From assembly GCF_000009045.1 (NCBI RefSeq), contig NC_000964.3, positions 2,542,001-2,606,000 of the forward strand: a stretch of 64,000 nt of DNA. The letters run 5' to 3'. How positions within the stretch are numbered: position 1 is the stretch's first letter; every line of letters starts with the position of its first letter. Positions 53,669 through 63,729 of the stretch are shown piece after piece. Made by a program: the position numbers and the translations under genes. The notes under the pieces were generated by a model. It saw only the letters and a program-made list of their open reading frames with translations. It ran no database searches and was not told the origin of the DNA. The DNA comes from Bacillus subtilis subsp. subtilis str. 168. Lineage in GTDB: Bacteria; Bacillota; Bacilli; Bacillales; Bacillaceae.

Positions 53669-54412
53669 ATGTTTTCACCGCAGCAGCCAATGAGAAATTA
53701 CCCACAGCCCGGACCGCCCCGCCCCATGCCAAATCAGCGAATGATGGGCAGAAGACCGCCTAATATGCGAGGACCTTCATTTGGAGCACAGCAGCAAGGT
53801 TTTCAGCAAGCCGGACAATTTCTTCCTCAGGCAAATGCCGGAGCGAGAAATGGTGCAGGTGCAGGCGGAGGCTTAAAAGGAATGCTGTCAAGGTTCCTCC
53901 CCGGCGGAGGAGGCGCTGGCAGCGCCGGGGTTCCCGGAATTCCAGGAGCAGGTGCAGCAGCGAGCGGAGGTGCTGGCCTGCAAGGCATTCAAAATATTGC
54001 CAATCCTGCATCATTATCCAGTATGCTTGGAAATGTGCAAAAAGTACTCGGCATGGCGCAGCAAGTCACCCCTATGATCCAGCAGTACGGCCCATTAGTC
54101 CGCAATCTGCCAGCAATGATGAAGCTGTACAGCCAATTAAGTAAAAGTGATGATACTGAGACAGAGGCCAATGAGGAAAGTGAAAAACAATCCGTTTCAG
54201 AAGAATCATCAGAAAAAGAAAAAGAGACTGAAACAAAAACCTCAGATGGGAACAAAAAATCAAAACCAAAAAGTTCTTCTCTCCCAAAGAAATCTAAAAC
54301 AACTGACAATAAAGAACAAGAATTAAAAACATCTGCCCCGAAGAAAAAGGAAGCTGCCTCTCCTGCTCCGAAAAGAACATCAGGCAGTTCAAAACCGAGA
54401 TTATATATTTAA
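53669..54412 (+). CDS. yqfQ: Low-complexity VrrA/YqfQ-family protein
   Basis: Pro/Gln/Gly-rich N-half, PMIQQYGPLVRNLPAM core, E/K/S-rich tail; upstream AGCA-16-CATATTCTA (sigmaK-like). Confidence 0.85.
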   Translation: MFSPQQPMRNYPQPGPPRPMPNQRMMGRRPPNMRGPSFGAQQQGFQQAGQFLPQANAGARNGAGAGGGLKGMLSRFLPGGGGAGSAGVPGIPGAGAAASGGAGLQGIQNIANPASLSSMLGNVQKVLGMAQQVTPMIQQYGPLVRNLPAMMKLYSQLSKSDDTETEANEESEKQSVSEESSEKEKETETKTSDGNKKSKPKSSSLPKKSKTTDNKEQELKTSAPKKKEAASPAPKRTSGSSKPRLYI

Positions 54413-54418
54413 CATTCT

Positions 54419-54447
54419 TTGATATCTTAAGTGAGATTGGCTATAAT
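54419..54447 (+). promoter_or_regulatory. sigmaA promoter of ispH
   Basis: TTGATA-17-TATAAT. Confidence 0.8.
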
Positions 54448-54534
54448 GAGATCAGAAGAATGCAAGAATAGAGCCGTTTGATTACGGCTTTTTATATTGC
54501 CTTTACTCACTTCAGTATTGGAGGACAACCGAAA

Positions 54535-55479
54535 ATGGACGTAATTAAAATTTCACCGCGCGGCTATTGCTATGGTGTTGTTGATGCTATGGTCATTGCC
54601 AAAAATGCGTCGCTAGATAAAAGCTTGCCAAGACCCATCTATATACTCGGGATGATTGTTCATAATAAACACGTCACTGATGCGTTTGAAGAGGAAGGGA
54701 TTTTTACATTGGACGGCTCTAACCGTCTGGACATCTTAAAGCAGGTTGACAAAGGAACTGTCATTTTCACTGCGCACGGTGTTTCTCCCGAAGTCAGAAG
54801 AATCGCAGAAGAAAAAGGGTTAGTCGCAATTGATGCTACATGTCCGGATGTGACAAAAACTCATAATCTAATCTTAGAGATGAAAGAAAAAGGATATCAC
54901 GTGATCTATATCGGCAAAAAAGGGCATCCAGAGCCTGAGGGAGCCGTTGGCGTAGCGCCGGAGATCGTTCACTTAGTTGAAACAGAAGAAGATGTAAAGA
55001 ACCTTGATATCCAATCTGAGAAGTTAATCGTGACGAATCAAACAACAATGTCTCAATGGGATGTTCACGACATTATGGAGCTTGTCAAAGAAAAATATCC
55101 TCATGTCGAATATCACCAAGAGATTTGCCTCGCTACTCAAGTGCGGCAGGAAGCTGTATCAGAGCAGGCAAAAAAAGCGGACTTAACAATCGTTGTCGGA
55201 GACCCGAAAAGCAACAATTCAAATAGGCTTGCTCAAGTGTCAGAGGAAATAGCCGGGACAAAAGCATACCGGATCGGCGACTTAAGCGAATTGAAGCTCG
55301 AATGGCTGAAAGGCGTTAATACCGTTGCAGTTACAGCGGGAGCTTCAACACCGACGCCGATCACAAAAGAAGTCATTCGCTTTTTAGAGCAGTTTGATCA
55401 CGAAGATCCATCAACTTGGACAACTGAACATAATATACCGCTCAAAAAAATACTTCCAAAAGTAAAAGCAAAAAACTGA
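54535..55479 (+). CDS. ispH: HMBPP reductase IspH (LytB)
   Basis: RGYCYGV, AHG, DATCP, HPE, ICLAT, SNNS, TAGASTP. Confidence 0.97.
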   Translation: MDVIKISPRGYCYGVVDAMVIAKNASLDKSLPRPIYILGMIVHNKHVTDAFEEEGIFTLDGSNRLDILKQVDKGTVIFTAHGVSPEVRRIAEEKGLVAIDATCPDVTKTHNLILEMKEKGYHVIYIGKKGHPEPEGAVGVAPEIVHLVETEEDVKNLDIQSEKLIVTNQTTMSQWDVHDIMELVKEKYPHVEYHQEICLATQVRQEAVSEQAKKADLTIVVGDPKSNNSNRLAQVSEEIAGTKAYRIGDLSELKLEWLKGVNTVAVTAGASTPTPITKEVIRFLEQFDHEDPSTWTTEHNIPLKKILPKVKAKN

Positions 55480-55501
55480 GGCTGTAAAAGCCTCAGTTTT
55501 T
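55470..55501. terminator. Bidirectional terminator ispH/yqfO
   Basis: AAAAAACTGAGGCT-gtaaa-AGCCTCAGTTTTT. Confidence 0.85.
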
Positions 55502-56623
55502 TTATAGAAATGTAAATGGATTTGTATCTGTTTCAGAAACAAAGATATTCACGCCAAACTTTTTATCATTACACATTGATGTAAGTTTTCTCGTGACGCC
55601 TTCTTTCATGATTTTTTCCGCGTAATGGCCCGGATCAACCACATTTAGGCCAAGCATCATCGCATCATGGGCCACATGGAAGTATAAATCTCCTGTGACG
55701 TAAACATCGGCTCCCTTTCGTTTTGCATGATGAATATACTTGTTTCCATCTCCGCCAAGAACAGCTACTTTTTTCACCATGCTGTCAGCATCCCCAACCA
55801 TTCTGACACCATTGACGTCAAGCTTGTCTTTCACAAATAAAGCGAATTCCTTGAGCGTCATCTCATTTTTAAGGGTTCCGACACGGCCGAGCCCTTTTTC
55901 GGCGGGAGTCTGTTCGACAGGATAGATATCGTAAGCGACTTCTTCATATGGATGGCTTTTTATCATTGCATTGATAACAGCCTTTTCGACGCTTTTAGGA
56001 AATACAGTCTCAAGCCTTACTTCATGAACAAGCTCAAGCTCTCCCACTTCACCGATAAAAGGCTTAGCTCCGTCCAATGGCTTAAAGCTGCCGATTCCTT
56101 CAGATGAAAACGCGCAATGGCTGTATTCACCGATATGGCCGGCCCCCGCATTTCCGAGCGCGGCTCTGACCTGCTCTTCATATTCCTTCGGCACGTAAAC
56201 TGCCAGCTTTTTCAGAGGATCCGTATAAGTAGGTGCCAGCACTTCCGTCTCACTCAGCTCTAATGCTTCAGCAAGCAAATCATTCACACCGCCGTCCGCA
56301 ACGTCTAAATTTGTATGAGCTGCATAAACAGCAATATCATGCTTCAAACACTTTTCAATTAACCTTCCGGCAGGCTGATCTGTTGAAATATGCTTTAGCG
56401 ACCGGAAAATTGGTGGATGGTGTGCAATAATCAAGTCAACCTCTTTTTCAATCGCTTCATCGATAACGCTCTCTAACACATCAAGTGTAACCATCACATT
56501 TTTAATTGGTTTGTTTAAGGTGCCGATTTGCAGGCCGATTTTATCTCCTTCAACCGCATAGGCTTTCGGGGAAAATTGTTCAAACAGCTGGATGATCTGC
56601 TGCCCATTTACACTTTTAGCCAT
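55502..56623 (-). CDS. yqfO: NIF3/DUF34 dinuclear metal protein with inserted PII-like domain
   Basis: AHHP, HTNLD, SHPYEE, DPGHYAE. Confidence 0.92.
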   Translation of the reverse strand: MAKSVNGQQIIQLFEQFSPKAYAVEGDKIGLQIGTLNKPIKNVMVTLDVLESVIDEAIEKEVDLIIAHHPPIFRSLKHISTDQPAGRLIEKCLKHDIAVYAAHTNLDVADGGVNDLLAEALELSETEVLAPTYTDPLKKLAVYVPKEYEEQVRAALGNAGAGHIGEYSHCAFSSEGIGSFKPLDGAKPFIGEVGELELVHEVRLETVFPKSVEKAVINAMIKSHPYEEVAYDIYPVEQTPAEKGLGRVGTLKNEMTLKEFALFVKDKLDVNGVRMVGDADSMVKKVAVLGGDGNKYIHHAKRKGADVYVTGDLYFHVAHDAMMLGLNVVDPGHYAEKIMKEGVTRKLTSMCNDKKFGVNIFVSETDTNPFTFL

Positions 56624-57332
56624 GATCGATTACCTCCTTTAACAGCTCCATTCGATCGGCGAGCTCCTTTAATTTTTGTTTGTTTTGCTCTGTATCCGCC
56701 GCTTGGCTGATCTGTTCATAAATGCTTTGAGTGTGCTGAAGCTCTTGTGTCCACTTTTTCAAAAAGACAGCATTTTTTTCTTTTGCCAAGAAAGGGCCAA
56801 CGAGCATCCCGGCTGATAAAGAAATACCGTCATAAGCCGCATCCCTGTCTCCCGCTTCTGCCACCAGCACCTCATAGCACTTTCCGTCCTCTTCAAGGAT
56901 TACCTCATCTATCAGCGCATATCTTTCTTTATAAAGCCACTCCCTGATATGAACAGCATGAATATTCGGCTGTAAAATGAGCCGTTCCTTCCCCGTTAAT
57001 TTGTCTTTGCCCGCTTCTAAAATGTGAGCGATCAAAGCCCCGCCCATTCCGGCAATCGTAATGGCATCAGCTTCACCTTTTTTAATCACTTCCAGTCCGT
57101 CTCCCTGCCTTACAGAAATGTGCGAGTTTAAGCCTGATTTTTCAACCTGCCGCTTTGCAGACAAAAATGGGCCGTCTGTTATTTCTCCGGCAATCGCCCC
57201 GCTGGCTTTATGATTCAGCACCGCATAACAAGGAAGGTAGGCGTGGTCAGAGCCGATATCGGCCATCACCGCTCCATTCGGTATGTACTCCGCTACTGTT
57301 TGCAATCGTTTAGATAATTTTAATTCGTTCAC
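56616..57332 (-). CDS. trmK: tRNA m1A22 methyltransferase TrmK
   Basis: DIGSDHAYLP, GDGL, AGMGG, LQPN. Confidence 0.93.
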   Translation of the reverse strand: MNELKLSKRLQTVAEYIPNGAVMADIGSDHAYLPCYAVLNHKASGAIAGEITDGPFLSAKRQVEKSGLNSHISVRQGDGLEVIKKGEADAITIAGMGGALIAHILEAGKDKLTGKERLILQPNIHAVHIREWLYKERYALIDEVILEEDGKCYEVLVAEAGDRDAAYDGISLSAGMLVGPFLAKEKNAVFLKKWTQELQHTQSIYEQISQAADTEQNKQKLKELADRMELLKEVIDHG

Positions 57333-57371
57333 TTGTCATCACAACTTTTCTCAATCATTTTTTCCTTTACT

Positions 57372-57400
57372 ATCATATAAAAAATCAGCCCGGAATCCAA
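57372..57400 (-). promoter_or_regulatory. sigmaA promoter of trmK-yqfO
   Basis: TTGGAT-17-TATGAT. Confidence 0.7.
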
Positions 57401-57457
57401 GCTGAAGCAAATGATTTTGAAATTATTTCTTTTGATGCGGGTCTGCACGCAGCAGTC

Positions 57458-57493
57458 AAAAATAAAAGGCTGTCGAGAACATCTCGGCGGCCT
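57458..57493 (-). terminator. cccA terminator
   Basis: AGGCCGCCGAGA/TCTCGACAGCCT + TTTATTTTT. Confidence 0.7.
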
Positions 57494-57522
57494 GTGAATG
57501 TATAAAGAGAAAAATAGTTCTT

Positions 57523-57885
57523 TTATTTAATTTTTGACACCCACTCTGCCATATCATCCAGCTTATCGGCCGGAACAAGACCGGAAGGCATTCCATTACC
57601 GCCTTTTTCGATCTTTGTTTTAATTTCAGCGACATCTTTCTTATCCCCTACACCTTTTAAGCTAGGACCCGAAACACCTTCATAATTTTCACCGTGGCAT
57701 GCGATGCAGTTTGCCTTGTAAATTTCTTCTGGTGAAGCGTTTGCATCTTTCTTTTCAGCAGATTTGCTTTCTCCTCCGCTCGCAATCTCCCGAGAGTCAT
57801 CAAGTCCTTTTACTGATAAAAAGAAAGTTAGACCAATTCCTAAAACAGCGATCAGCAAAAATGGAATAAGCGGGTTCCATTTCAT
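57523..57885 (-). CDS. cccA: Membrane-anchored cytochrome c550
   Basis: CIACHG heme motif, GMP axial Met. Confidence 0.96.
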   Translation of the reverse strand: MKWNPLIPFLLIAVLGIGLTFFLSVKGLDDSREIASGGESKSAEKKDANASPEEIYKANCIACHGENYEGVSGPSLKGVGDKKDVAEIKTKIEKGGNGMPSGLVPADKLDDMAEWVSKIK

Positions 57886-58044
57886 TTCCCTTCCCCCTTT
57901 TTGATCCTTCCCCCTATGTAAACACTTCTAATTCTAACTTATTTTTACAAAAAGTAAATGGATTGCTATACAAAAGTTTTTTATTCACACTTTATACAAA
58001 ATTGAATAGAAACATGCCTAAATCTCTAATATCCTTTTTATTCT

Positions 58045-58073
58045 ATTGTATAATGTATTGTATACGCTTACAA
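58045..58073 (-). promoter_or_regulatory. cccA sigmaA promoter overlapped by a cre (CcpA) site
   Basis: TTGTAA-17-TACAAT; TGTAAGCGTATACA at 58072..58059. Confidence 0.75.
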
Positions 58074-58176
58074 TAGAAAATATGGAATTAGATTTTGAAA
58101 TTTTTCACCACAATGTTCATTTGCAAATGACATCATTTTTCAGTAAAATAAAGGCATATTATCCATATATCTTTTT

Positions 58177-58210
58177 AAAAAAAGAAGAACGGATCTTCAA
58201 GACCCGTTCC
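58177..58210 (-). terminator. sigA operon terminator
   Basis: GAACGGGTC-ttgaa-GATCCGTTC + TTCTTTTTTT. Confidence 0.8.
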
Positions 58211-58213
58211 ATC

Positions 58214-59329
58214 TTATTCAAGGAAATCTTTCAAACGTTTACTTCTGCTAGGATGTCTTAGTTTCCGCAACGCTTTGGCTTCGATTTGTCGAATACGCTC
58301 TCTCGTTACTCCAAATACTTTGCCGACCTCTTCTAATGTTCTTGTACGGCCGTCATCAAGACCGAATCGAAGACGCAATACATTTTCTTCACGATCAGTT
58401 AACGTATCAAGCACATCTTCCAGCTGCTCTTTCAATAGCTCGTATGCGGCGTGGTCAGAAGGTGAAGTTGCTTCTTGGTCTTCAATGAAATCACCAAGGT
58501 GCGAGTCATCCTCTTCACCGATCGGTGTTTCCAGAGATACCGGCTCTTGAGCAATCTTTAAGATTTCGCGTACTTTTTCAGGCGTTAAATCCATATCTTC
58601 CGCAATTTCTTCAGGTGTTGGTTCTCTGCCTAAGTCTTGCAGTAATTGACGCTGCACACGGATTAATTTATTAATGGTTTCAACCATATGAACGGGAATC
58701 CGGATCGTTCTCGCCTGATCGGCAATGGCGCGTGTAATCGCCTGTCTGATCCACCACGTAGCATACGTACTGAATTTATAACCTTTGCGATAATCAAATT
58801 TTTCAACGGCTTTCATCAGGCCCATGTTTCCTTCCTGGATCAGATCAAGGAACAGCATACCGCGTCCGACATACCGTTTTGCGATACTGACAACAAGCCG
58901 CAGGTTCGCTTCAGCCAATCTGCGTTTAGATTCTTCGTCACCTTCTTCAATCTTTTGAGCGTAGGCGATTTCTTCTTTTGCAGAAAGAAGGTTAACCCGA
59001 CCGATTTCCTTTAAATACATACGAACTGGGTCATTGATTTTAACGCCAGGCGGTACACTTAGGTCATTAAGGTCAAATTCTTCTTCGGCTTTGGCAAGCT
59101 GCTGAATATTAGGATCTTCTGTTTCTTCATTCTCACTAATTAATTCAACACCTTGTTCACCTAAAAATTCATAATACTCATCCATTTGGTCTGATTCAAT
59201 TTCAAAGCTGGACATACGCTCAGCAATTTCTTCATATGTCAAAACGCCACGTTTTTTACCAGACTCTGTTAATTGCTCTTTTACTTGGTCGAATGTTAAT
59301 TCTGTCTCGTGGGTTTGTTTATCAGCCAT
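58214..59329 (-). CDS. sigA: RNA polymerase major sigma factor SigA (371 aa)
   Basis: SD GGAGGG, ATG 59329; [44 protein letters not shown]. Confidence 0.98.
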
Positions 59330-59394
59330 TATGGATCCCTCCTTCCAAAGCTTGCAACGAATTCTATAAGCGGTATGATTCTTATTCGGTCCAT

Positions 59395-59502
59395 TCAGGC
59401 GTTTTCTATGTGAACTGCCTTTAACAATGTGCGAATAATGAAATGACAATTCATGATGAGGTTAAGCGATCTATTTGCTCCTCCGCAAGGAATCATTGCC
59501 AA
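59395..59502 (-). CDS. Candidate 35-aa sORF in the dnaG-sigA spacer (unvalidated)
   Basis: GAGGAG-6 nt-TTG; [35 protein letters not shown]. Confidence 0.3.
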
Positions 59503-59527
59503 TAAATGCTCCTCATCAGTTCTCCAG

Positions 59528-61339
59528 TTATTTTAAAGATCGGTTCAATGTAACGATTTCTTGAGCCAAAGAAGCAGCTCTTAAAAAATCTTTTTGCCTT
59601 TCTGCTTCGGCTCTTTCCGCCTCTTTTTCTTTTATCATTGACCAATTTCTTTGATTCAACACTTTTTTTACATAATCTGATAACTCGGCTTCGCTAAGCT
59701 CTTGATTAACCTGAAGCATTAATATATCGGACAAGAGCTGGCTTATATGATCATCCGTCACCCTGGCCATCAGATGCTGAGGCGTCAGCTCGGCTCCCTC
59801 TTCATAAAAAGCATAAAGATAAGCGGCTAATGCCCGGTGCTCATCAATATTAAATTGAAACCCTACCCGGTCAATCACTTTTTTGATGACGCTCCGATCT
59901 CGAAGCATGTGAGCGAGTAACAGCCTTTCTGCATTTTCATACGCCGGACGCAAACGTTTTTGCCTTGCTTTTGTCGTCAGATGCGCTCGCCGCGTTTTAG
60001 TTTCACCGCTATTGTCAGCAGGTTTGTTTTGCTTGCTGAAAACAGACAGCTGCTCAGTTAAAGACTCCTGTGAAAGCGAAAACTCTGAAGCAAGCTGCTT
60101 TACATAGACTTCCTGCTCTAGAGACCCTGAAAGCGTGCTGATTTCTTTCAGTACGTCTTTAATGTAAGCTAGGCGGTCGCCTTCATCGGACAGGTTCTTT
60201 CCTTTTCGGAAATATTGCATTTTGAACGCCATTACGGTGACACTTGCGTCAATAATGTCGTTTTTAAATTTTTCCCCGCCGAATTTTTTGATGTAATCAT
60301 CAGGGTCCAATCCGTCAGGAATCATTGCAACTCTGACTTTGCAGCCTTTTTTTTGCAGAAGCTCCGAAGCTTTTAAGGTGGCTTCATAACCGGCTTTATC
60401 AGAGTCATAGCAAAGAATGATTTCTTCGACGTTTCTTCTCAGGATCTTGACATGATCATCTGTAAGAGACGTTCCCATCGTGGCTATGCTTTCCTTTACA
60501 TCCGAGCTTACGGCCGATATGACATCAGCAAACCCTTCAAATAAGACTGCTCTTTCCTGCTTTCTGATATGAAGGCGGGCCTTATAAAAATTGTAAAGCA
60601 GTTTGCTTTTATGAAAGAGCGGGGTTTCAGGACTGTTCATATACTTAGGCTGCTGGCTGCCAAGAGCCCTGCCTGAGAAAGCAACAACAGCCCCGTGATG
60701 ATCATGGATCGGAAACATGACACGGTTTCTGAAGCGGTCGAAATATCCGCTTCCGTCTTCGCGTCTGATCAGGAGACCCGCTTTTTCCATTTGCGCCTCA
60801 CTAAATCCCCTCTTTACAAGGAATTTCGTGATAAAGTCCCAAGAATCAAGAGCATAGCCAATCTGAAATTCATTAATCAGCTCTTTCGTAAAGCCCCTAG
60901 AAAGCAGATAATCCAGTGCCTCTTGACCTTCTTTTGTATTTATTAACAAATGATGGTAAAATTTCTTCAGGAGCTCATGTGCCTCAGCCATTTTTTGTTC
61001 TCCAGAAGACTCTGGCCGGGCTCCGGAATGGACTGTTATATCATCTGGAAAATCAATTTGGTATTTGTCAGCAAGGTGAGAAACCGACTCGGCAAAAGAA
61101 TAGCCTTCCATCTGCCTTAAAAAAGAGAAAACATTGCCGCCCGCTCCGCAGCCAAAGCAATGAAAAATCTGTTTGTCGGGCGATACGGAAAACGAAGGTG
61201 TGCTTTCTCCATGAAAAGGACAGAGTCCAAAGTAGTTTCGGCCTTGCTTCTTTAATTGAACATAATCACCTATGACTTCAACGATATCTGCCGACTTTTG
61301 CACCTGATCCACAATTTCATCTGGTATCCGATTTCCCAT
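59528..61339 (-). CDS. dnaG: DNA primase
   Basis: CPFH..CFGC Zn finger, [21 protein letters not shown]. Confidence 0.98.
60979..61275 (+). CDS. antE: Antisense overlapping gene AntE (98 aa)
   Basis: AGGAG-5 nt-GTG inside the dnaG antisense strand; matches my recollection of antE. Confidence 0.6.
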
Positions 61340-61372
61340 CTTATAACACTCCGTCGTACATTATTCGATGCT

Positions 61373-61867
61373 TTAGTGCAAAATCCCTTCATCGTTCGAC
61401 AGGATTTTTTGCAGCAGTGTAATAAATCGTTCTCGATCTTCTTTATTCAATTTTTTAGGCCCTTTGGCATATACGCCTTTTCTTCTTTGTTTGCCGGAAA
61501 AATGACGGCCCTCTAGGGCAAAATCAATCGTGTCTTCCTTGTAAAGACGACCTCTTTCCGACATAACAGAGACATTTCTGTTCAACAGCAGAGATGCTAA
61601 TCCGATGTCCTGCGTCACAACAATATCTCCCGGTTTCACGTGATTTGCGATATATAAATCAGCAGCTTCTTTATGAGGATCAACATACTTCCATTTTTCT
61701 TCATTGCTTCTGGAAAGCTGATAATGTTCAAATGAAGCGACAAAAAGAACTTGAACTTCATACTCGGATGCTGTTTGTAAAATTTCATCTTTTACCGGAC
61801 AAGCATCAGCATCGACAAAAATCGTCTTTTCTTGTTCATTAAGAAGAGTAATTCTCCATCCCTCCAT
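61373..61867 (-). CDS. yqxD: YaiI/YqxD (UPF0178) protein P23
   Basis: [22 protein letters not shown]; ATG 61867 after AGGAG. Confidence 0.88.
61395..61401. promoter_or_regulatory. Spo0A box upstream of dnaG
   Basis: TTCGACA = TGTCGAA on - strand. Confidence 0.4.
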
Positions 61868-61878
61868 TAAACTCCTGC
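61851..61878 (-). promoter_or_regulatory. sigmaH promoter (P3) of the sigA operon
   Basis: GCAGGAGTT...GAGAAT. Confidence 0.8.
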
Positions 61879-61930
61879 ATAAAAGCAAGCAAAATCGCAC
61901 ATCCTTTATTATTGTGGATGTATATGAATT

Positions 61931-61937
61931 TGTCGAA
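61931..61937. promoter_or_regulatory. Spo0A box upstream of yqxD
   Basis: TGTCGAA. Confidence 0.5.
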
Positions 61938-62120
61938 AAATTTCCGGGAGAAATTCTTGACATCTTACCCATAATAGTTTATTCGTATCACACGATCCTT
62001 AAACCTAAAATTAATCATTTTATCACAATTTTTTATTATAATACAAACTTCACAAAGATGCTATTGTTTTTCATTATTCCCTTTTGGCACAGCCAAAAAC
62101 CCAGGATAGAGCGTCCTGAG

Positions 62121-62933
62121 TTATATGTTTTTTGTTTTGAGATGATGGATAATATTTGCTGTTTCCTCAACCGCTTTATTTGAAACATCAACAACCTGGC
62201 AGCCGATCCGATCCACAATCTTTTCGAAATACTCGAGTTCCTCTTTGATTCTGTTGATATTTGCATAAATCGCTTTATCATTAAGCCCGAGTGATTTTAA
62301 ACGTTCTTTTCTGATATGATTCAGTTTATCAGGGCTAATCTTTAAACCGATGCATTTTTTCGGATCAACGTTAAAGAGTTCTTCCGGCGGATCAACCTCC
62401 GGTACAATCGGAACATTGGCAACCTTCAGGCGTTTGTGTGCGAGATATTGAGACAGCGGTGTTTTAGACGTTCTTGACACGCCGATCAAAACGATATCAG
62501 CTTTTAAAATCCCTCTTGGATCACGTCCATCATCGTATTTAACTGCAAACTCGATGGCCTCCACTTTTTTGAAATAATCTTCATCAAGCTGGCGCACCCG
62601 CCCCGGTTCGTATTTCGCTGTTAAACCGTAGGCTGTTTCCATTTTATCAATCAACGGGCCGATAATATCATAATATAAAACATTTGCTTTTTCCGCTTCG
62701 GCTATCAAATATTCTCTGATTTCCGGCACCACGAGTGTAAAACAGATAATGCCGCCGTCTGCCTTTGCAAGTGAAATCACTTCATTGATAGTGCCTATAT
62801 CTTCAACATAAGGAATTCTTCTTACATGAGTATCATCCGCCGATCCGTTAAATTGGCTGAGTGCTGCTTTTACTACCAATTCAGCCGTTTCACCGACGGA
62901 ATCCGATACAACATAGATGATGCGGTTATTCAT
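62121..62933 (-). CDS. yqfL: PEP synthase/PPDK regulatory protein family kinase-pyrophosphorylase
   Basis: [27 protein letters not shown]. Confidence 0.92.
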   Translation of the reverse strand: MNNRIIYVVSDSVGETAELVVKAALSQFNGSADDTHVRRIPYVEDIGTINEVISLAKADGGIICFTLVVPEIREYLIAEAEKANVLYYDIIGPLIDKMETAYGLTAKYEPGRVRQLDEDYFKKVEAIEFAVKYDDGRDPRGILKADIVLIGVSRTSKTPLSQYLAHKRLKVANVPIVPEVDPPEELFNVDPKKCIGLKISPDKLNHIRKERLKSLGLNDKAIYANINRIKEELEYFEKIVDRIGCQVVDVSNKAVEETANIIHHLKTKNI

Positions 62934-62958
62934 ATTATCCCCCCGTTAGTTTGCAATC

Positions 62959-63597
62959 TTATAGGATTTCATTTTCAGATAAACTGACAAGTATTTTGGT
63001 CATATTTGTTTTTGTCACTCTGCCGATCACTTCAAAGCCTTTATCGGTGTCTTTGATGACAGGCAGTGCATCAATTTGTTTTTCTATTAAGTGCTTTGCA
63101 ATGTCCATCACATAATCCTCGCGTCTGCACACCGTAATGTTCGGCATCCTTGTCATGATGATGTGAACAGGGACCGATGTAAGCTCCTGCTGGCCAATGC
63201 TCGCTCTGAGCAAGTCTTTTCGTGAAAGCACCCCGACTAAAACAGCATCGCGGTCCACCACAAACAGAGTACCTACATCTTCTAAAAACATGGTGCAAAT
63301 CGCATCGTACACAGAAACGTTTTCGTGAATCACTACGGGGATAGATTGAAAGTCTTTCACCTGAAGCTTTTTGAGTTTATCCGCCAAAAGCTGTGTGCCG
63401 GTTTTTCCCGTATAGAAATAACCGACTCTCGGGCGCGCCTCGAGGAATCCTGACATGGTGAGTATGGCTAAATCCGGGCGCAATGTCGCCCTGGTTAGGT
63501 TCAGCTTTTCTGCAATATGCTCCCCTGTAATCGGCCCGTTTTCTTTTACAATCTGCAAAATATGTTCTTGCCGTTTATTTAGTTCGATCGTACTCAC
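62959..63597 (-). CDS. ccpN: Gluconeogenic gene repressor CcpN (HTH + CBS pair)
   Basis: ELNKRQEHI, ARPRVGY; GTG start 63597 (or 63600). Confidence 0.95.
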   Translation of the reverse strand: MSTIELNKRQEHILQIVKENGPITGEHIAEKLNLTRATLRPDLAILTMSGFLEARPRVGYFYTGKTGTQLLADKLKKLQVKDFQSIPVVIHENVSVYDAICTMFLEDVGTLFVVDRDAVLVGVLSRKDLLRASIGQQELTSVPVHIIMTRMPNITVCRREDYVMDIAKHLIEKQIDALPVIKDTDKGFEVIGRVTKTNMTKILVSLSENEIL

Positions 63598-63687
63598 CAC
63601 CTTTTCACTTCATAGCTATGTAAAGAAATAACAATCCATATTATAACGTAAATATCTTGTAATCAAACAAAAAACTTATAAATGGGG

Positions 63688-63723
63688 AAAAGACGATTAC
63701 CGATCACACAGCAACCGCCTTTT
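63688..63723 (-). terminator. Hairpin after glyS
   Basis: AAAAGGCGGTTGC/GTAATCGTCTTTT, imperfect, weak tail. Confidence 0.5.
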
Positions 63724-63729
63724 CTCTCT

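Noticed and set aside
58046-58261. 71-aa + strand ORF and TATAAT at 58049
   Set aside because: No SD; overlaps the cccA promoter/cre and the sigA terminator, which explain the sequence.
59330-59449. 40-codon in-frame N-terminal extension of SigA
   Set aside because: The upstream TTG has no SD, while ATG 59329 has GGAGGG; contrast with comGF, where the upstream segment adds a family motif.
61838-61859. Out-of-frame mini-ORF MENYSS* after GGAGGG at the yqxD start
   Set aside because: SD-to-ATG spacing is about 1 nt, too short; the motif is part of the sigmaH promoter spacer.
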